A stretch of DNA of 64,000 nt, from contig OZ251243.1 of NCBI GenBank assembly GCA_965240325.2, positions 930,001 to 994,000 of the forward strand. Reading direction: 5' to 3'. This DNA comes from Rebecca billardiae RCC1528 (taxonomy: Eukaryota > Protista > Haptophyta). The first letter of the stretch is position 1, and each line of letters opens with the position of its first letter. Made by a program: the position numbers and the translations under genes. This document shows, in pieces, positions 11,789 to 23,266 of this stretch. The notes beneath the pieces were generated by a model, which saw only the letters and a list, made by a program, of their open reading frames with translations, searched no databases and was not told the DNA's origin.

Positions 11789-12796
11789 ATGGCGGCAGCG
11801 CACGACGTGGCGATTGTGGGCGCGACGGGTGCAGTGGGTGTGGAGATGTACCACGTTCTCAAAGACCGCTCGTTCCCCGTCGGCAAGCTGCGGCTCTTCG
11901 CCTCCGAGCGCTCGGCCGGCAAGGTGGTCTCTACGCCGTTTGGAGAGATCACGATTGAGGAGTTCTCTGTCGCAGCGGTGCGCGAGACGGCGTTCGCGTT
12001 CCTCGCGGTCTCGGGCACGTTCGCGAAGGAGCACGGCCCCGCGCTCGCCGCCGACGGCGGGCCCATCGTCATCGACAACTCTTCGGCCTTCCGCATGGAC
12101 CCGGCAGTGCCGCTTGTCGTTCCGGAGATTAACGCGGATGCAGCGCGGGGCTCGCGGCTGATCGCCAACCCGAACTGCACGACGGCGATCGCAGCGATGG
12201 CGCTGTACCCGCTTCACGTCGCGTTCGGCCTGAAAAAGGTCATCGTCTCCTCGTACCAGGCCGCCAGCGGCGCGGGCGCCGAGGGCATGGACGAGCTGCA
12301 GGAGGGCTGCCGGAAATACCTCGCGGGCGAGGCCGTCGAGAACAAGGTGTTTGCGCACCCGCTACCGTTCAACGTGATCCCGCACATCGACGTGTTCCTC
12401 GAGAACGGGTACACCAAGGAGGAGATGAAGGTGACGCTCGAGACTCGCAAGATCTTCGGCGTCGACGACCTCGCCGTCAGCTGCACGGCAGTGCGTATCC
12501 CGACGCTCCGCGCGCACGCGGAGGCGATCACGATCGAGACCGAGCGGCCCGTGTCGCCGGACGAGGCGCGGCGGCTGCTCGCGAGCGCGCCGGGTGTCAA
12601 GGTCGTCGACAATCCCGCCGAGAAGGCATACCCCATGCCGCTCACCGCGACGAAGCAGCACGACATCGAGGTGGGCCGCGTGCGGCAGTCGATTATCTTT
12701 GGGCAGCACGGTCTCGACCTGTTTGTGTGCGGCGACCAGCTGCTGCGCGGCGCCGCGCTCAACGCCGTGCTGATCGCGGAGAAGCTGCTGCCGTGA
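11789..12796 (+). CDS. asd: Aspartate-semialdehyde dehydrogenase
   Basis: [37 protein letters not shown] (catalytic Cys), [30 protein letters not shown]. First ATG is 11789; the ORF-track extension upstream lies largely in the transposon. Confidence 0.96.
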   Translation: MAAAHDVAIVGATGAVGVEMYHVLKDRSFPVGKLRLFASERSAGKVVSTPFGEITIEEFSVAAVRETAFAFLAVSGTFAKEHGPALAADGGPIVIDNSSAFRMDPAVPLVVPEINADAARGSRLIANPNCTTAIAAMALYPLHVAFGLKKVIVSSYQAASGAGAEGMDELQEGCRKYLAGEAVENKVFAHPLPFNVIPHIDVFLENGYTKEEMKVTLETRKIFGVDDLAVSCTAVRIPTLRAHAEAITIETERPVSPDEARRLLASAPGVKVVDNPAEKAYPMPLTATKQHDIEVGRVRQSIIFGQHGLDLFVCGDQLLRGAALNAVLIAEKLLP

Positions 12797-13416
12797 GCAG
12801 ACCATGTGCACCGCCGGCCCGGGCGCGCGCCTGCGCCGATGTAGAGCCACCTACGTGATGGCGGCGCCAACTCGTCGTCTTGATTATTCGGCTGCGCGCG
12901 CTCACAACAGCCCGTTCAACAGGCTGACACACAGTACTGCGCTGCTGGCTGGCATCATGCGCGCATCATGCCGGGCTGACTCACTGAGTCTGAGTGCGGC
13001 AGGCGGAGTCGCCCAATGCTCCTGATAATGATGACGATGAGAAGACGATGACTCGGGCGGGCGAAACTAATTTATATTCGCGCGACTGAATAATAATAAG
13101 CAGTGCGCTAAGACTGCTGAGACCGCGTGCGCGGACTGCAGCCGGACGAGTGGAGATGCACTGATGTGGAGTGAGGTCCGTGTGGACAGCAGTGGTACTG
13201 GTAAGTATAATAAACGGTAGCAGTCGACGTTCCCGTGATGACGTCACCGTCGTCAGTACGGTACTCTCGGTAGCGGACGGGTCCGAGTTACCTGCAGGCT
13301 GGACACTAATAAGTGCTAGATACTCGCACGCGGAATACTACGCGGGCGTATACGGATAATCTCAGTCCGCGATTCACGGAAGCCTGCAGAGTGCAGTAAG
13401 CTACTGCGTAGTGACT

Positions 13417-14415
13417 CTATGCTGCGTGCGCGCACTCTGAGACTGCACAGACATCCATGGCTGCGTGCGTCTCTGGCGTGCGCTCCGGCAGCGGCGGCAT
13501 CGCCATGTCGGATGGGGCGTGGCTGTTCATGCTGTCGCTGCTGAAGCTGCTGCTGCGCCGCCGCATCAGGTTGCGCGGCAAGCTATGCAACGCCCGTGCG
13601 CGCCGCTGGCACTCGCGGTTGCAGAAGTGTGCCACGTGGCACTTGGCGCACGCGACGCAGCAGGCTGAGCCGCCGCCGCGCGCGTGCGGGCAGATGCCGT
13701 GCACCGTGCCAGCGTCGGCACTGGCCAGCCGGCGGCCCAGCCGCCAGTAGTAGTACGCCTGCCGGTAGTGCTGCACCGCCGTGCGCACGTCCCTCTCCAC
13801 GCCAGCGCCGTGCTGGTAGCACCACCCCAGGTTGAAGTGCGCACTCGCGTGACCCTGCTCAGCGGACGCGCGGTACATCTGCACCGCGGCCGCGATGTCC
13901 TGCGGCACGCCCTCGCCGGCCTCGAGGCACGCGCCCAGGATGAACTGCGAGTCGACGTGGCCCTGCTCGGCTGCCAACCGATGGAGCTCCACGCCCACCG
14001 CCACCTCCCTGCGCACTCCTGTGCCGCGCAAGTAGCACTCTGCCAGACAGCAGCGCGCGCCCGCGTGCCCCTGGCTCGCGGCCGCACGGTACAGCTTGGT
14101 GGCCTCGACCATGTCGCAGGGCACGCCACCCTCGCCATCCTCGTACCGCGTGGCCAGGTGGAACTGCGCCTCGGCGTTGCCCCGGACCGCGGCCCCGTGG
14201 AAGAGGCGCACGGCCTCGGTCGCGTCGCACGGCACGGCGTCGCCGCGCTCGTAGCACAAGCCAAGCCTTAGCATTGCGCTGGCGTGGCCCTGCTTGGCGG
14301 CCGCGCGGTAGAGGCGTACTGCCTCCTCCATGTCCTGCGCCACGCCCTCGCCATCCTCGTAGCACTCGCCCAGGCTGAATTGCGCGTCGCCCTCGCCCAG
14401 GGCCACGGCGCGCAT
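13417..14415 (-). CDS. Sel1-like repeat protein with C-terminal degenerate MYND-type zinc finger
   Basis: About six AQFxLGxCYxxGxGVxxDxxxAxxxYxxAAxQG repeats, then CAKCHVAHFCNRECQ. Confidence 0.8.
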   Translation of the reverse strand: MRAVALGEGDAQFSLGECYEDGEGVAQDMEEAVRLYRAAAKQGHASAMLRLGLCYERGDAVPCDATEAVRLFHGAAVRGNAEAQFHLATRYEDGEGGVPCDMVEATKLYRAAASQGHAGARCCLAECYLRGTGVRREVAVGVELHRLAAEQGHVDSQFILGACLEAGEGVPQDIAAAVQMYRASAEQGHASAHFNLGWCYQHGAGVERDVRTAVQHYRQAYYYWRLGRRLASADAGTVHGICPHARGGGSACCVACAKCHVAHFCNRECQRRARALHSLPRNLMRRRSSSFSSDSMNSHAPSDMAMPPLPERTPETHAAMDVCAVSECAHAA

Positions 14416-14699
14416 CGTCCCCCGCGCAGGCTTGAGGTTTATCGTGTGCCGTGCAGGCGGAATCACCAGGCTCGTCACGCGCCGTGCTGAAGGCTGAAGC
14501 AAGGTGGAAAGGGGCTTACCTTGAAGGCGGTCAGAAAGGAGGCATCAAGCTACGCTTTCAGCTTGGAAAGCTCGCGGCTTGGTCCGGGTGGCCTCTCCGC
14601 AGTCCGTTGGCCGTCCCGGTCGCCACTCTCACAACTCTAACTCGCCACCGGCTGCCCAGCGGCGGGCCGGGCGGGAGGCTTTGAATCGACGAGGACGAC

Positions 14700-15623
14700 A
14701 TGCTGCTCGACGCCGTGAAGCGCCTGCTGAAAAATCCCTCGCCTTCCGACGTCGAGCGCGTGCGAGTCCGCGCCACTTCGTACCTACGGCTGGCCGAGCT
14801 CAAGGCGGGCGCCCTCAGCTCGGACGCGGCCATCTGCCTCGTCCCGGTCTGCATCAGCCTTGCAGGCGCGACGGAGCGCTGCGAGCTCGTCGATGCCGAG
14901 GCGCAGGCGCGTGCGGGGGGTGTCAAGCCCACGGTGTTCGCGCGTTCGCGGGCGACGATCGCACGCATTATCGGCGTGCGCCTCCAAATCACCACGCCGG
15001 AGCTCGTGGCCTCGTCGGGGGTGAGCAGCGACCTCGCCGCCGCCGTCGACGAGCTCGTTGAAGCGTTCGCCAAGCGCGAGCGTCTTGCAGCGTCGCGCCT
15101 CTGCCAGGAGGCACTGCTGGGCGGCGCGCTGGTGGCGGTCGGTGCCAAGCGGCGCGCGCGGATCGACAAGAAGCGGGTCGAACACGCCACGTCCGTGCCC
15201 GTCGCGACACTTGTCGCCGTCTCCCAGGCAATGCGTGAGGCCTGCCCGGCGCTGGTGGGTCTGGAGAGCTCGCGTGCTGGCACGAGCAGTGGCGGTGGGC
15301 GGAAGCGGAGGGATCAGCTGAGCCATCACGAGCTCGATGCGGAAGCCGCAGATGCGATTCCTGACATGCACACCTCTGGCCTTGCCGCCCGGCGACGCGA
15401 ATACGAGGAGTGGCGTGCGCGCGTGCTCGATCAAAGCCACAAGCCGCTGAAGGAGAAGCAGAGTGCGGCTGCGCTTCCGGAGGCAGCAGGCAGCAGCGAT
15501 GGGCAACGGCCCGCCTGTGACGTGGCCACAGGGCCAGCTCCTGGCGAGAAGCCCAAGCTTAAGCAGACAACGCTCTCCTTTGCATCCGCACCGCGCGCTG
15601 CAGCCGCAAGCACGTTGACGTGA
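14700..15623 (+). CDS. ORC6: Origin recognition complex subunit 6
   Basis: TFIIB-like helical pattern (ICLVPVCISLA...IARIIGV..ITTPELV) and the conserved C-terminal EYEEWRARVL motif. Confidence 0.72.
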   Translation: MLLDAVKRLLKNPSPSDVERVRVRATSYLRLAELKAGALSSDAAICLVPVCISLAGATERCELVDAEAQARAGGVKPTVFARSRATIARIIGVRLQITTPELVASSGVSSDLAAAVDELVEAFAKRERLAASRLCQEALLGGALVAVGAKRRARIDKKRVEHATSVPVATLVAVSQAMREACPALVGLESSRAGTSSGGGRKRRDQLSHHELDAEAADAIPDMHTSGLAARRREYEEWRARVLDQSHKPLKEKQSAAALPEAAGSSDGQRPACDVATGPAPGEKPKLKQTTLSFASAPRAAAASTLT

Positions 15624-16791
15624 TCGCCGGCCGACCGAGTGTCCGAGTGGCTGTCCCGTGTCCGCGCGGAAGCGGTCCGTACGTTCATCAGACATTCTGA
15701 CAGAGTGGCGGACGACCACTGTAGTAGCCTGCTAGACTGGCTGTCTTTTAGTTCTACGACGTTACTACAAGCCTATGTATGATGCGCATGTACGTATACG
15801 GAGTATATAGACTATATATAGCGTCTTATAGCTAGATTACGGAGCCGGGCCTGACCGGCCTGACCCGTGACCGCTTGAAGCGCGGGCGCCGCCGTGCCCG
15901 GTGGCGGTGCCGGCCGTGGCGGTCTAACCGCGCCGCGGTGGCGGCGGTGCCCGGCCCCGGTGGCCGGTCGCGGGCCGGTGACCCGGTCGGTCCGGCCCGG
16001 TGGCCAGTTGCAGCCTGACTGACAGTGACTCCTGAGCCGCCGGGGCCCCGGCGGGCCGCGCCCGGCCCGGGTACCGGGGTAACGGCCCGAACCGGGTTGG
16101 CCGGTTCGGGTCCGACGAGTCGACGGGCCCACGAGTCCCGGAGGCACGAGACCGTGCCAGTCGGCCACTGGCCCTTTGGGCCACTGCTGAACCGAGTTGC
16201 CAACAGCCCAACTCCGGAACTCTCCGCGATTCGTCTTCGACAGTTCGACTTCCGAGAGTTCCGTGCCCATGAACTCTCTGAAGCCTGTCTGATTCAGTGA
16301 AACTTGAAGTTGAAAGAGTCTAGCCAACGCGGGCCCTGGCCGTGTCTCACTCAGTAGTCAGTGAGTCTGCCGTGCGGCCGGTCACGGTGCCCGGACTCGC
16401 GGGGCGCGGCCCCGGGCGCCCGCGCCGGCCGGCGGGCGTGAAGTCACTAAAAGTCGTGAACTCTCACGCCGTCCGGGACGGACTCGGCTCGTCGGGACGA
16501 GTTACAAGTTAGTACGTTTCACTGCGTGATACATCGGCGGCCGTCAGGCGTCAGTCCTCGGGGAATGGAAAGGCGACAGGCTGCATCACCGATGACGGGC
16601 CGCGGCCCCAGGCCCGGCGTATCCGCCGCCCGCACCGCGCCGTGACAGTGACACGACGGGCACCGGCGTGGCGACCTGAGCGATGGTCGGCGCTTCGGGC
16701 AGACGCAGCCAGCCGCATGAACCGTGCGATCGACTAGATAGACGAGCCCGGCTCATCTGCCGCTGAGTGCGCCCTGGCGGAGAGAGCTCCT

Positions 16792-17211
16792 TCAGTTCTG
16801 CGCCTTGGCATTCCGCCACGCGGCGATCGCGTCGCGACGCTCCTTGCCCGTCATGCCTGCCGTGGACGGGGGGCCTGCCGGTGCGTTCGAGTCGCGCAGG
16901 GCACCTGCGCCGCCATTGCCGAAGATGCCGCTCTCCTTGCTCTGGTCGAGGATGGTGTCGCCCTGGCGCGAGCCCGCCGCAACGTCGTCATCGCGGACGA
17001 GGTGCTTGGGGTGGTGCACGGGGCGCTGTGCGCCTGGGCCCGAGCCGTAGCCGCCGCCCAGGTCGACGGATGCGTCGTGAATGCTGCGACCGTGGTCGCC
17101 ACGCGGTGCCGTCCTGGTAGAATCGCCAGACAGGCCTGGGAAGACTGGCTGCTTGTACTCCCGCGTTGCGGGCGCCGGCGCGCTCCCGAAGATGTTCTCG
17201 TGGCTCGACAT
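16792..17211 (-). CDS. Small disordered hypothetical protein (139 aa) with two xxIFG motifs
   Basis: ATG in gcgacgATG context and natural composition. ENIFG and SGIFG are loosely reminiscent of Jupiter/HN1-type repeats. Confidence 0.5.
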   Translation of the reverse strand: MSSHENIFGSAPAPATREYKQPVFPGLSGDSTRTAPRGDHGRSIHDASVDLGGGYGSGPGAQRPVHHPKHLVRDDDVAAGSRQGDTILDQSKESGIFGNGGAGALRDSNAPAGPPSTAGMTGKERRDAIAAWRNAKAQN

Positions 17212-17634
17212 CGTCGCGTCGCGTTTTTGAAAGCTGGTTTCGTCGCCTTCACTCGTCAACCGGCCGTTTTAGTTTTACCCGTCCGGCGGCCACGGAAGTC
17301 GACTTCCAGGAACAAGCCTACCCGGTACCGTACGAACATACAGACAGTCTACAGCACAGTGACACTACCAAAGTACAGTAACAGTACAGTTTACTAAGAA
17401 TAAGAGACGCACACAGCTCAGGCAGGCGAGATTAGTACATACTGCTATACATTCTACCACTGAGGGCCGTACAGCATGCTGGCACCGCATTGTTCAATTG
17501 CTCGTCGCGGGCCTGGCGGCATGCCACACGCACTCGCCACTCGCGGTCCGGGACACTGGCTGCCGCCGCGCCCGCTGGCAAGTCCAACCAAGTGGCAGCC
17601 GAGCGCCGCGCGGCAGTCGCGGGCAATGCCCGAG

Positions 17635-19176
17635 TTACTTGGACTTGCGCGCCTTCTTGGCGGCGGGGCCCGCCTTCGGGCTGGGCTCGAAGTACTTGTC
17701 CACGCGGCCGGCCGCGCCCTTGGACGGCTTCGCCGGGCTCTTGCCCGCGTCGCCCTCTGCGGGCCACGCCTTCGCGAACGCCGCCACGTCGAACTTGCGC
17801 TTGCACCCGTTGTAGTTCATGTACCGGATCTTGCCGAAGACGGCGCGCTCCGCCCAGCCCATGTCGTGCACGCCCATGATGGACCAGCCGACGCCGACGA
17901 AGCCGTTCGGGTCGTTGCCGTCGAGCGCGAGCTTGTCGTTGAGGTGCTGCGCGATGCCGAGCGCCTCGGCCGGCGAGTCGGTCCACTCGAGGATCTTCTT
18001 CGCCCAGTACATCCGCATGAACCCGTGCATCTTGCCCGTGCGCGAGAGCTGGCGCTGCGCCGCGTTCCAGATATCCTCGTGGGTCTGCGCGCCCTCGAGC
18101 TCCTCAAGACTGTACCGCCACTCGCGCGCGTCGGAGGCGTGCTTCTCGAGCGACTCGCGCGCCCAGCCTGCGGCGCCGGCGAGGGAGTCGTAGTTCGGGT
18201 TGTAGTAGCAGTAGTTGTCCGAGAGCTCGCGGCGCACCACCGACTCCTCGATGTATGACTTGACAGATTCGTTGTGCGCGCGCGCCGCTCGCACGACGAG
18301 CGCCGCGCGCTGCGGCGCGAGCTGCCCAAAGTTGAGGTAGGGCGAGAGGTCGGAGGTGGCGTGCACGTTGGGGTCGTTGCGCTTGGCGGCGAAGAGCTTG
18401 AGCCGCTCCTTCAGGAACGTCGCGAGCGCCGCGTGCGCCGCGCGCTCGCCCGGCACGATCCAGTCCACGGGCCGCACGCTCTCGTCGACACTGAGCCGCG
18501 CGCGCTCCGTGTCCCAACAGAGCGGCGCGGGCGCCGCGCCGCTCGGCGCGTGCGGGTGGCGCTCGAGGGCGGGGAACTCGGTGAGGAAGGTGGGCAGCGC
18601 GCGCTCGATCTTCGGACGTAGCGTGCGCGCGCCCACCTCCTGCTTCTCCGACGCCACCCAGCACGGCACGACGTTGTGCGCGTCGACCTCGATCACACCG
18701 ACCGACGCCGGCAGCGCGTCCACCACCGCCGACTGCGCGGCGCGCGGCGCGCGCAGCGGCGAGAAGTCGCAGACGAGCGTGCCGATGCCGTGCGCGCGGA
18801 CAAACTCGGGCACCTCCGTGCTCGCGCCGCCACGCAGCAGGTGGAATGGGATGTCGAGCTCGCGCAGCGCGCTCTCCACGTCTGCAAGGCCACCGAGCAG
18901 GAACTCAGCATGGCGCCGCGTCAAACCGCCCGCGTCGTCGGGGAGGCAGAAGCAGACGTGGAGTGGGGCCTTGGCGGAGAGCGCAAGCTGCTGCGCGTGG
19001 ATCAGCGCCCAGTTGTCGTGCGCTCGCTGATCGCGCGCCATCCAGTACGCAACCGAGCCGCCGTCGCTGCCGCCCGTGCGCGCACGCACAGTGCGCGCGC
19101 GCTTCTGGTTCCAGTGCGAGTTGATGCCGTCGGCGCGGGCGTAGGCCGGAACGGCGGCAGCGGCTGCGGCGGACAT
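17635..19176 (-). CDS. phr: Class II CPD photolyase
   Basis: YWMARDQRAHDNWAL, VDAHNVVPCW, EVGARTLRPKI, SDLSPYLNFGQ, RRELSDNYC, GKMHGFMRMYWAKKILEW, DGNDPNGFVG, FGKIRYMN. Basic NLS-like C-terminus PAAKKARKSK. Confidence 0.96.
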   Translation of the reverse strand: MSAAAAAAVPAYARADGINSHWNQKRARTVRARTGGSDGGSVAYWMARDQRAHDNWALIHAQQLALSAKAPLHVCFCLPDDAGGLTRRHAEFLLGGLADVESALRELDIPFHLLRGGASTEVPEFVRAHGIGTLVCDFSPLRAPRAAQSAVVDALPASVGVIEVDAHNVVPCWVASEKQEVGARTLRPKIERALPTFLTEFPALERHPHAPSGAAPAPLCWDTERARLSVDESVRPVDWIVPGERAAHAALATFLKERLKLFAAKRNDPNVHATSDLSPYLNFGQLAPQRAALVVRAARAHNESVKSYIEESVVRRELSDNYCYYNPNYDSLAGAAGWARESLEKHASDAREWRYSLEELEGAQTHEDIWNAAQRQLSRTGKMHGFMRMYWAKKILEWTDSPAEALGIAQHLNDKLALDGNDPNGFVGVGWSIMGVHDMGWAERAVFGKIRYMNYNGCKRKFDVAAFAKAWPAEGDAGKSPAKPSKGAAGRVDKYFEPSPKAGPAAKKARKSK

Positions 19177-19425
19177 GGTGGGTGCCGTGCGCACGAGCGC
19201 GGGCACCGGCCGAGCCGCGGCTGCGGCGACGAGGGCGACAAGTATCGTCGTCGATGGCCCTCCCGCGTCGAAGGCGCGCGAAGGCGGGTTCGCTGCGGGC
19301 CCGGAATGCAGGGGGCCGGTCGACGTTTGACAAACGGGACGGGTCGACGCGGCGGGAAAACTCAAAAATGAAAACCCGGAGGGGCCCTTTGAACGTTGCT
19401 TGTGCCAACGGTTTAGCCTTGGGCC

Positions 19426-20710
19426 ATGGCGGACGCACTTGCGGCGCGCCTGGCGGAGAACGACGACCTGGATCGGCGGAGCGAGGCGGTGGTGAGGGAG
19501 GCCGAGACGACCATCCGCAACCAGCAGCAGAAGCTCAGCGCGCTTGACGAACCCACTCCGGCCGAGGCCTCGGACACGCCGGAGGACCAGTTCGAGAGCC
19601 CCGCGCGCGAGTCTGGCGATGACATGGCTCAGCGCGCGCCGTCGGATGTGACCGAGTCCGTCGGAGATGGCCGTGACGACTCGCACGATGCCAAGCCAGT
19701 AGCACCGGCGCCCGCCGCTCCGGCGGTGGCGGCGACGGCGGCAAGGGCGACCGCGCCGCCGGCACACACGGCCAGCGGAGTCGCGCCGCCACGCGCGGGC
19801 GCGCAGCCCGGTGCGAGCAAGCCGGCCCGGCGGCCGCGCGCTCGCGACGCACCCGTGCCGGGCGCGGACCGTGCCGGCGCGAACCGCGCGCATGGATCAT
19901 CCGAGGCCGTCGACGCGCCGCCGCTCGAGGAGGACGTGCCCGAGGCGACCGGCATGGGCGCGGAGGCCGCGGCTCGGTACTCCAAGGCCCGCGCGCAGGT
20001 GCTCAGCGAAGAGCTGGAGCGCGTGCGCGTGGCGCTCGCCAAGGCGGTGCGTGCTGCCCGCGCGCACCCGCGCGGGCGCGCTCGCCCCTCGATCCGTGGG
20101 CTCGCGCGTGCCCCCGCGCGCGACGCCGGGCACTGAGCCCCACGCTCGCACCCACCGCGCCGGACGCGCGCAGGCGTCGGAGGGCAAGGCGTGGGAGCTG
20201 CGTGCGTCGGAGGCGACGTCCGCGCGCGCCAAGCTCGAGCGCGCGGCCAAGGACAGCGCCGCGCGCGCCGAGCGCGAGGCGCGTGCCGCGGCTGAGCAGC
20301 GCGAGCGCGCCGACGCGCTCGAGCAGCAGCTTGGCGCGCATCGGCGTGACGCGGAGGGCACGCATCGCGACACGAAGCAGCGGCTAGCTGACGCCAAGGC
20401 GAAGGACGTGCGGCTGAACCGCGCGCTCGAGGAGCTCGAGCGCACCAAGGCGGCGCTCGCGCAGGCGCAGCAGGACGCGCGCGCGGCGGGCGGCGGCGGC
20501 GGCGCGCACGCGGAGCGGCAGCAGCTCAGCGCGGAGAACGGCCGGCTGCGCAAGCAAAAGGCCGAGCTGCTGCTCGCCTTCAAGAAGCAGGCGAAACTGA
20601 TCGACGTGCTCAAGCGGCAGAAGCTGCATGTCGAGGCGGCGCGCACGCTGCAGTTCACCGAGGAGGAGTTCAGCAAGACGCTGCGGCTGGGCGAGAATGG
20701 CGGCAGCTGA
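19426..20710 (+). CDS. TEX9: TEX9-like coiled-coil protein. Exons 19426-20046, 20174-20710
   Basis: DVRLNRALEE, KQKAELLLAFKKQAKLIDVLKRQKLHVEAARTLQFTEEEF. Phase-0 intron 20047-20173 joins the two ORF frames. Confidence 0.85.
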
Positions 20711-21088
20711 GTCTGCTCGCACCTCACCGTGGTGGATGCTGATCAGCAGGGGGACCGGTCGGCTGTGCCGGCGCCTTATTCGAGTACTACAGCGCCGGGC
20801 CGCTCGGTCGACACGCTGTCACGCGGACTCGCCACTCGGTCCGCGTTACGCGTCGGTCGGTCATGTCGGTGCCGGTGGTCAGGGTGGTCCAGTCGTGGTC
20901 GTCCCAGCCGGTGCCACTAAATAATATATATTATTTTAAGAGAATATATATTAATGCGCGCACGAATTAATGCAGTACGTAGCGCTGGTCGTCTGACGTA
21001 GTGACTCAGTGAGAGTGAGAATCGCCGTGCGGCGCGTGCCGCAACGTGATGCTTCAGTCTTCAACTCTTATCATTATATATATAATAT

Positions 21089-22708
21089 TCACAGCCGATT
21101 GCGCGGAGGTGGGTCACAGCCGGCCGTGAGCCTGCGCTCGAGGGCGGAGCAGCCGGCCTGAGCGCCCAGCGCCGCTGCGGATGCAGCGAGGAGGGGCCAC
21201 GTGAGCGCAGCGGGAGCCAGCGACGCATCCGACAGCGCGCTGCCGAGCGCCGGGAGCGCGTCGTCGCCACCGGCGCTCGCCGCCGTACCCGCCGCGCCCG
21301 CGAGGAAGAGCCACTCGAGCGCGCGCGCGGCCGAGCGCGTGCGCCGCACGGCCCGCAGCAGGGCGTGGCACTGCGAGCACTGCGCCGTGTGCGAGTGCAG
21401 CCGCTCAAGCAGCGCCTCGCGCGGCCACGGCGGCTGCGCGCTCGGGCTCCGCAGCGCCGGGTCCGTCAGCGCCGACCAGGCCGTCCCTCGGCCGAAAGTG
21501 AATGCGTCGAGCCAGCGGCGGTGCGCGATCACGCCTGCGTCCGCCGACGTGGCGAGCACCTGCCGGCGCGCCCAGTCGGGCGCGAGGAGCGCCGCCTCCT
21601 CGACGTGGGCCGAGCCCTCCGCGCGAGCGCCCGCGTGCGCGAGCGCGCGCCCCTGCGCGTGCAGGAACACGTTGTCGTCCTCGAGCACCGCGTGGTTCAG
21701 CAGGTGGCCGAAGGGCGCGGGGAGGCCGAAGCCAGCGCCGACCAGGAAGCGAACCGGCGCGCTCGGGATCTTGGCCACCTCGAAGATGATGCGCACCATG
21801 AGGCGGCAGCGGCCGGGCGCGATGGGCACGGCCCACACCACGTTCCAGTCGCGATACGACCCAGGCCGCGCCGTGCACGACACGACGAGCGACGGCGCGC
21901 GGAACTCGACGAAGCCGGGCGCAGACGTGACGCGTGATAGCCGGAAGCCGGCGGCGGCGGGCGGCGCCTCGAGCCGCATCGGCACGGGGCGCGCGGCTTC
22001 ACGCGAAGAGATGGTGCCGTGGTGCGTGTACGGCAGGTGTGACGGGTCAAGCACGTTCTCGAGGAGCACCGTCGCGTCCATCGGCAGGTCACGGAAGTAG
22101 TCGATGCTGCGGCAGCCGTCGAGCGCGCCCTCGCGCACGCGCACTCGCTCGAGCGCGTCTCGGTCGGCGCGCGCGTCTGAGCCGAGGAGCGGCGCGGCCC
22201 AGACCCAGACGATGCCGTCCGCGGCGGCGACCTCAAGCGCTGTCGCGCACGCGCGTGCGCGCACGCGCTCGTCCCGCCCTGCCTCGGCCTGCGGCACGCG
22301 CGCGCACGCGCCGTCGCGCCCAAATGCCCAGCCATGGTACGGGCACTCGAGCCGACCCGCCTCGTCGACCCGCCCCTCTGAGAGGGGCGCGAGGCGGTGC
22401 GGGCAGCGGTCGAGCGCCGCGCCCCACGAACCGGCGTGCGGGTCCCACCACAGCACGATCGGCGCGCCGAGCAGGCTGAGCGCGACCGGCTGGCGCCGGT
22501 CGGTCACTGCCTCGAACGCCACCGGCCACCACGCGCGCGCGTACAGCCCCTCGTGATCGGCGGCCGTCCAAGCTGAAGCGTCGTCGGCCGCGCGCATGTG
22601 AGACGAGCGCGCGTGGAGCGTGGCGCGCGCGCCGCGAGCGAGTGGCGCGTGCGCGTACGCCGCGGCTCCCCAGGCACACGCGAGCACGAGGATCGCAGCC
22701 ATTGCCAT
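21089..22708 (-). CDS. Plastid-targeted Rieske non-heme iron oxygenase, PAO/PTC52/Tic55 family
   Basis: Signal peptide + transit-like N-terminus, DRCPHRLAPLSEG, LECPYHGW (Rieske), ENVLDPSHLPYTHH (mononuclear Fe), VLEDDN, HTAQCSQC. Confidence 0.9.
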   Translation of the reverse strand: MAMAAILVLACAWGAAAYAHAPLARGARATLHARSSHMRAADDASAWTAADHEGLYARAWWPVAFEAVTDRRQPVALSLLGAPIVLWWDPHAGSWGAALDRCPHRLAPLSEGRVDEAGRLECPYHGWAFGRDGACARVPQAEAGRDERVRARACATALEVAAADGIVWVWAAPLLGSDARADRDALERVRVREGALDGCRSIDYFRDLPMDATVLLENVLDPSHLPYTHHGTISSREAARPVPMRLEAPPAAAGFRLSRVTSAPGFVEFRAPSLVVSCTARPGSYRDWNVVWAVPIAPGRCRLMVRIIFEVAKIPSAPVRFLVGAGFGLPAPFGHLLNHAVLEDDNVFLHAQGRALAHAGARAEGSAHVEEAALLAPDWARRQVLATSADAGVIAHRRWLDAFTFGRGTAWSALTDPALRSPSAQPPWPREALLERLHSHTAQCSQCHALLRAVRRTRSAARALEWLFLAGAAGTAASAGGDDALPALGSALSDASLAPAALTWPLLAASAAALGAQAGCSALERRLTAGCDPPPRNRL

Positions 22709-23266
22709 CGGGCCCTTTGATTTTCTACTGCTTTGAATTTTAAGTTGGTGGCAGCGTTGGCGGGTCTACCGGATGCACAGTATGACGTCTACCGTACGGA
22801 CAAGGTCCGCGCGGACGGTCCTGAAATGGCTTATCACGCGATGACTAGTGTGGAGGTGTCGATGGCACCGAGGCCGCGCAGAGCGGCGACTGGCCACTGG
22901 CGAGCCCAGAGGCAGACGACGTCGTCCGCCGCGGCCGCGCGCCCAGCCGCGGGCCGCGACTGACGCTGACTCGGCAGTCGGCCACTCGCGCCGGAGCTAG
23001 GGGCGCCAGCCATCGGAGCGCGCGGCCGGAGGACACCTTCGCAACGGCCGTCAGCGCGCAGACGTCCGCACGCCGAGCGGCTGCTTCCAAAGCCGCGCTG
23101 CCGCGCGGGGCTGTGTCTGCTGCGGTGCGGTAGTGCGCGCGCCGCCGCCCGGCTCGAGGTGCGGGCGGGCGCGCACGCGCTGCTGCTCACAGCGCCGAGT
23201 GCGCGTGAGCGGGGGCGTGGCGGGAGAGCTGGCGGAGCCGCTCGGCCGCGCCGCGCCACGCGCCGC

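Noticed and set aside
15830-16500. CCGG-rich region with many short palindromes, possible MITE or ncRNA
   Set aside because: No definable termini, TSD or second copy.
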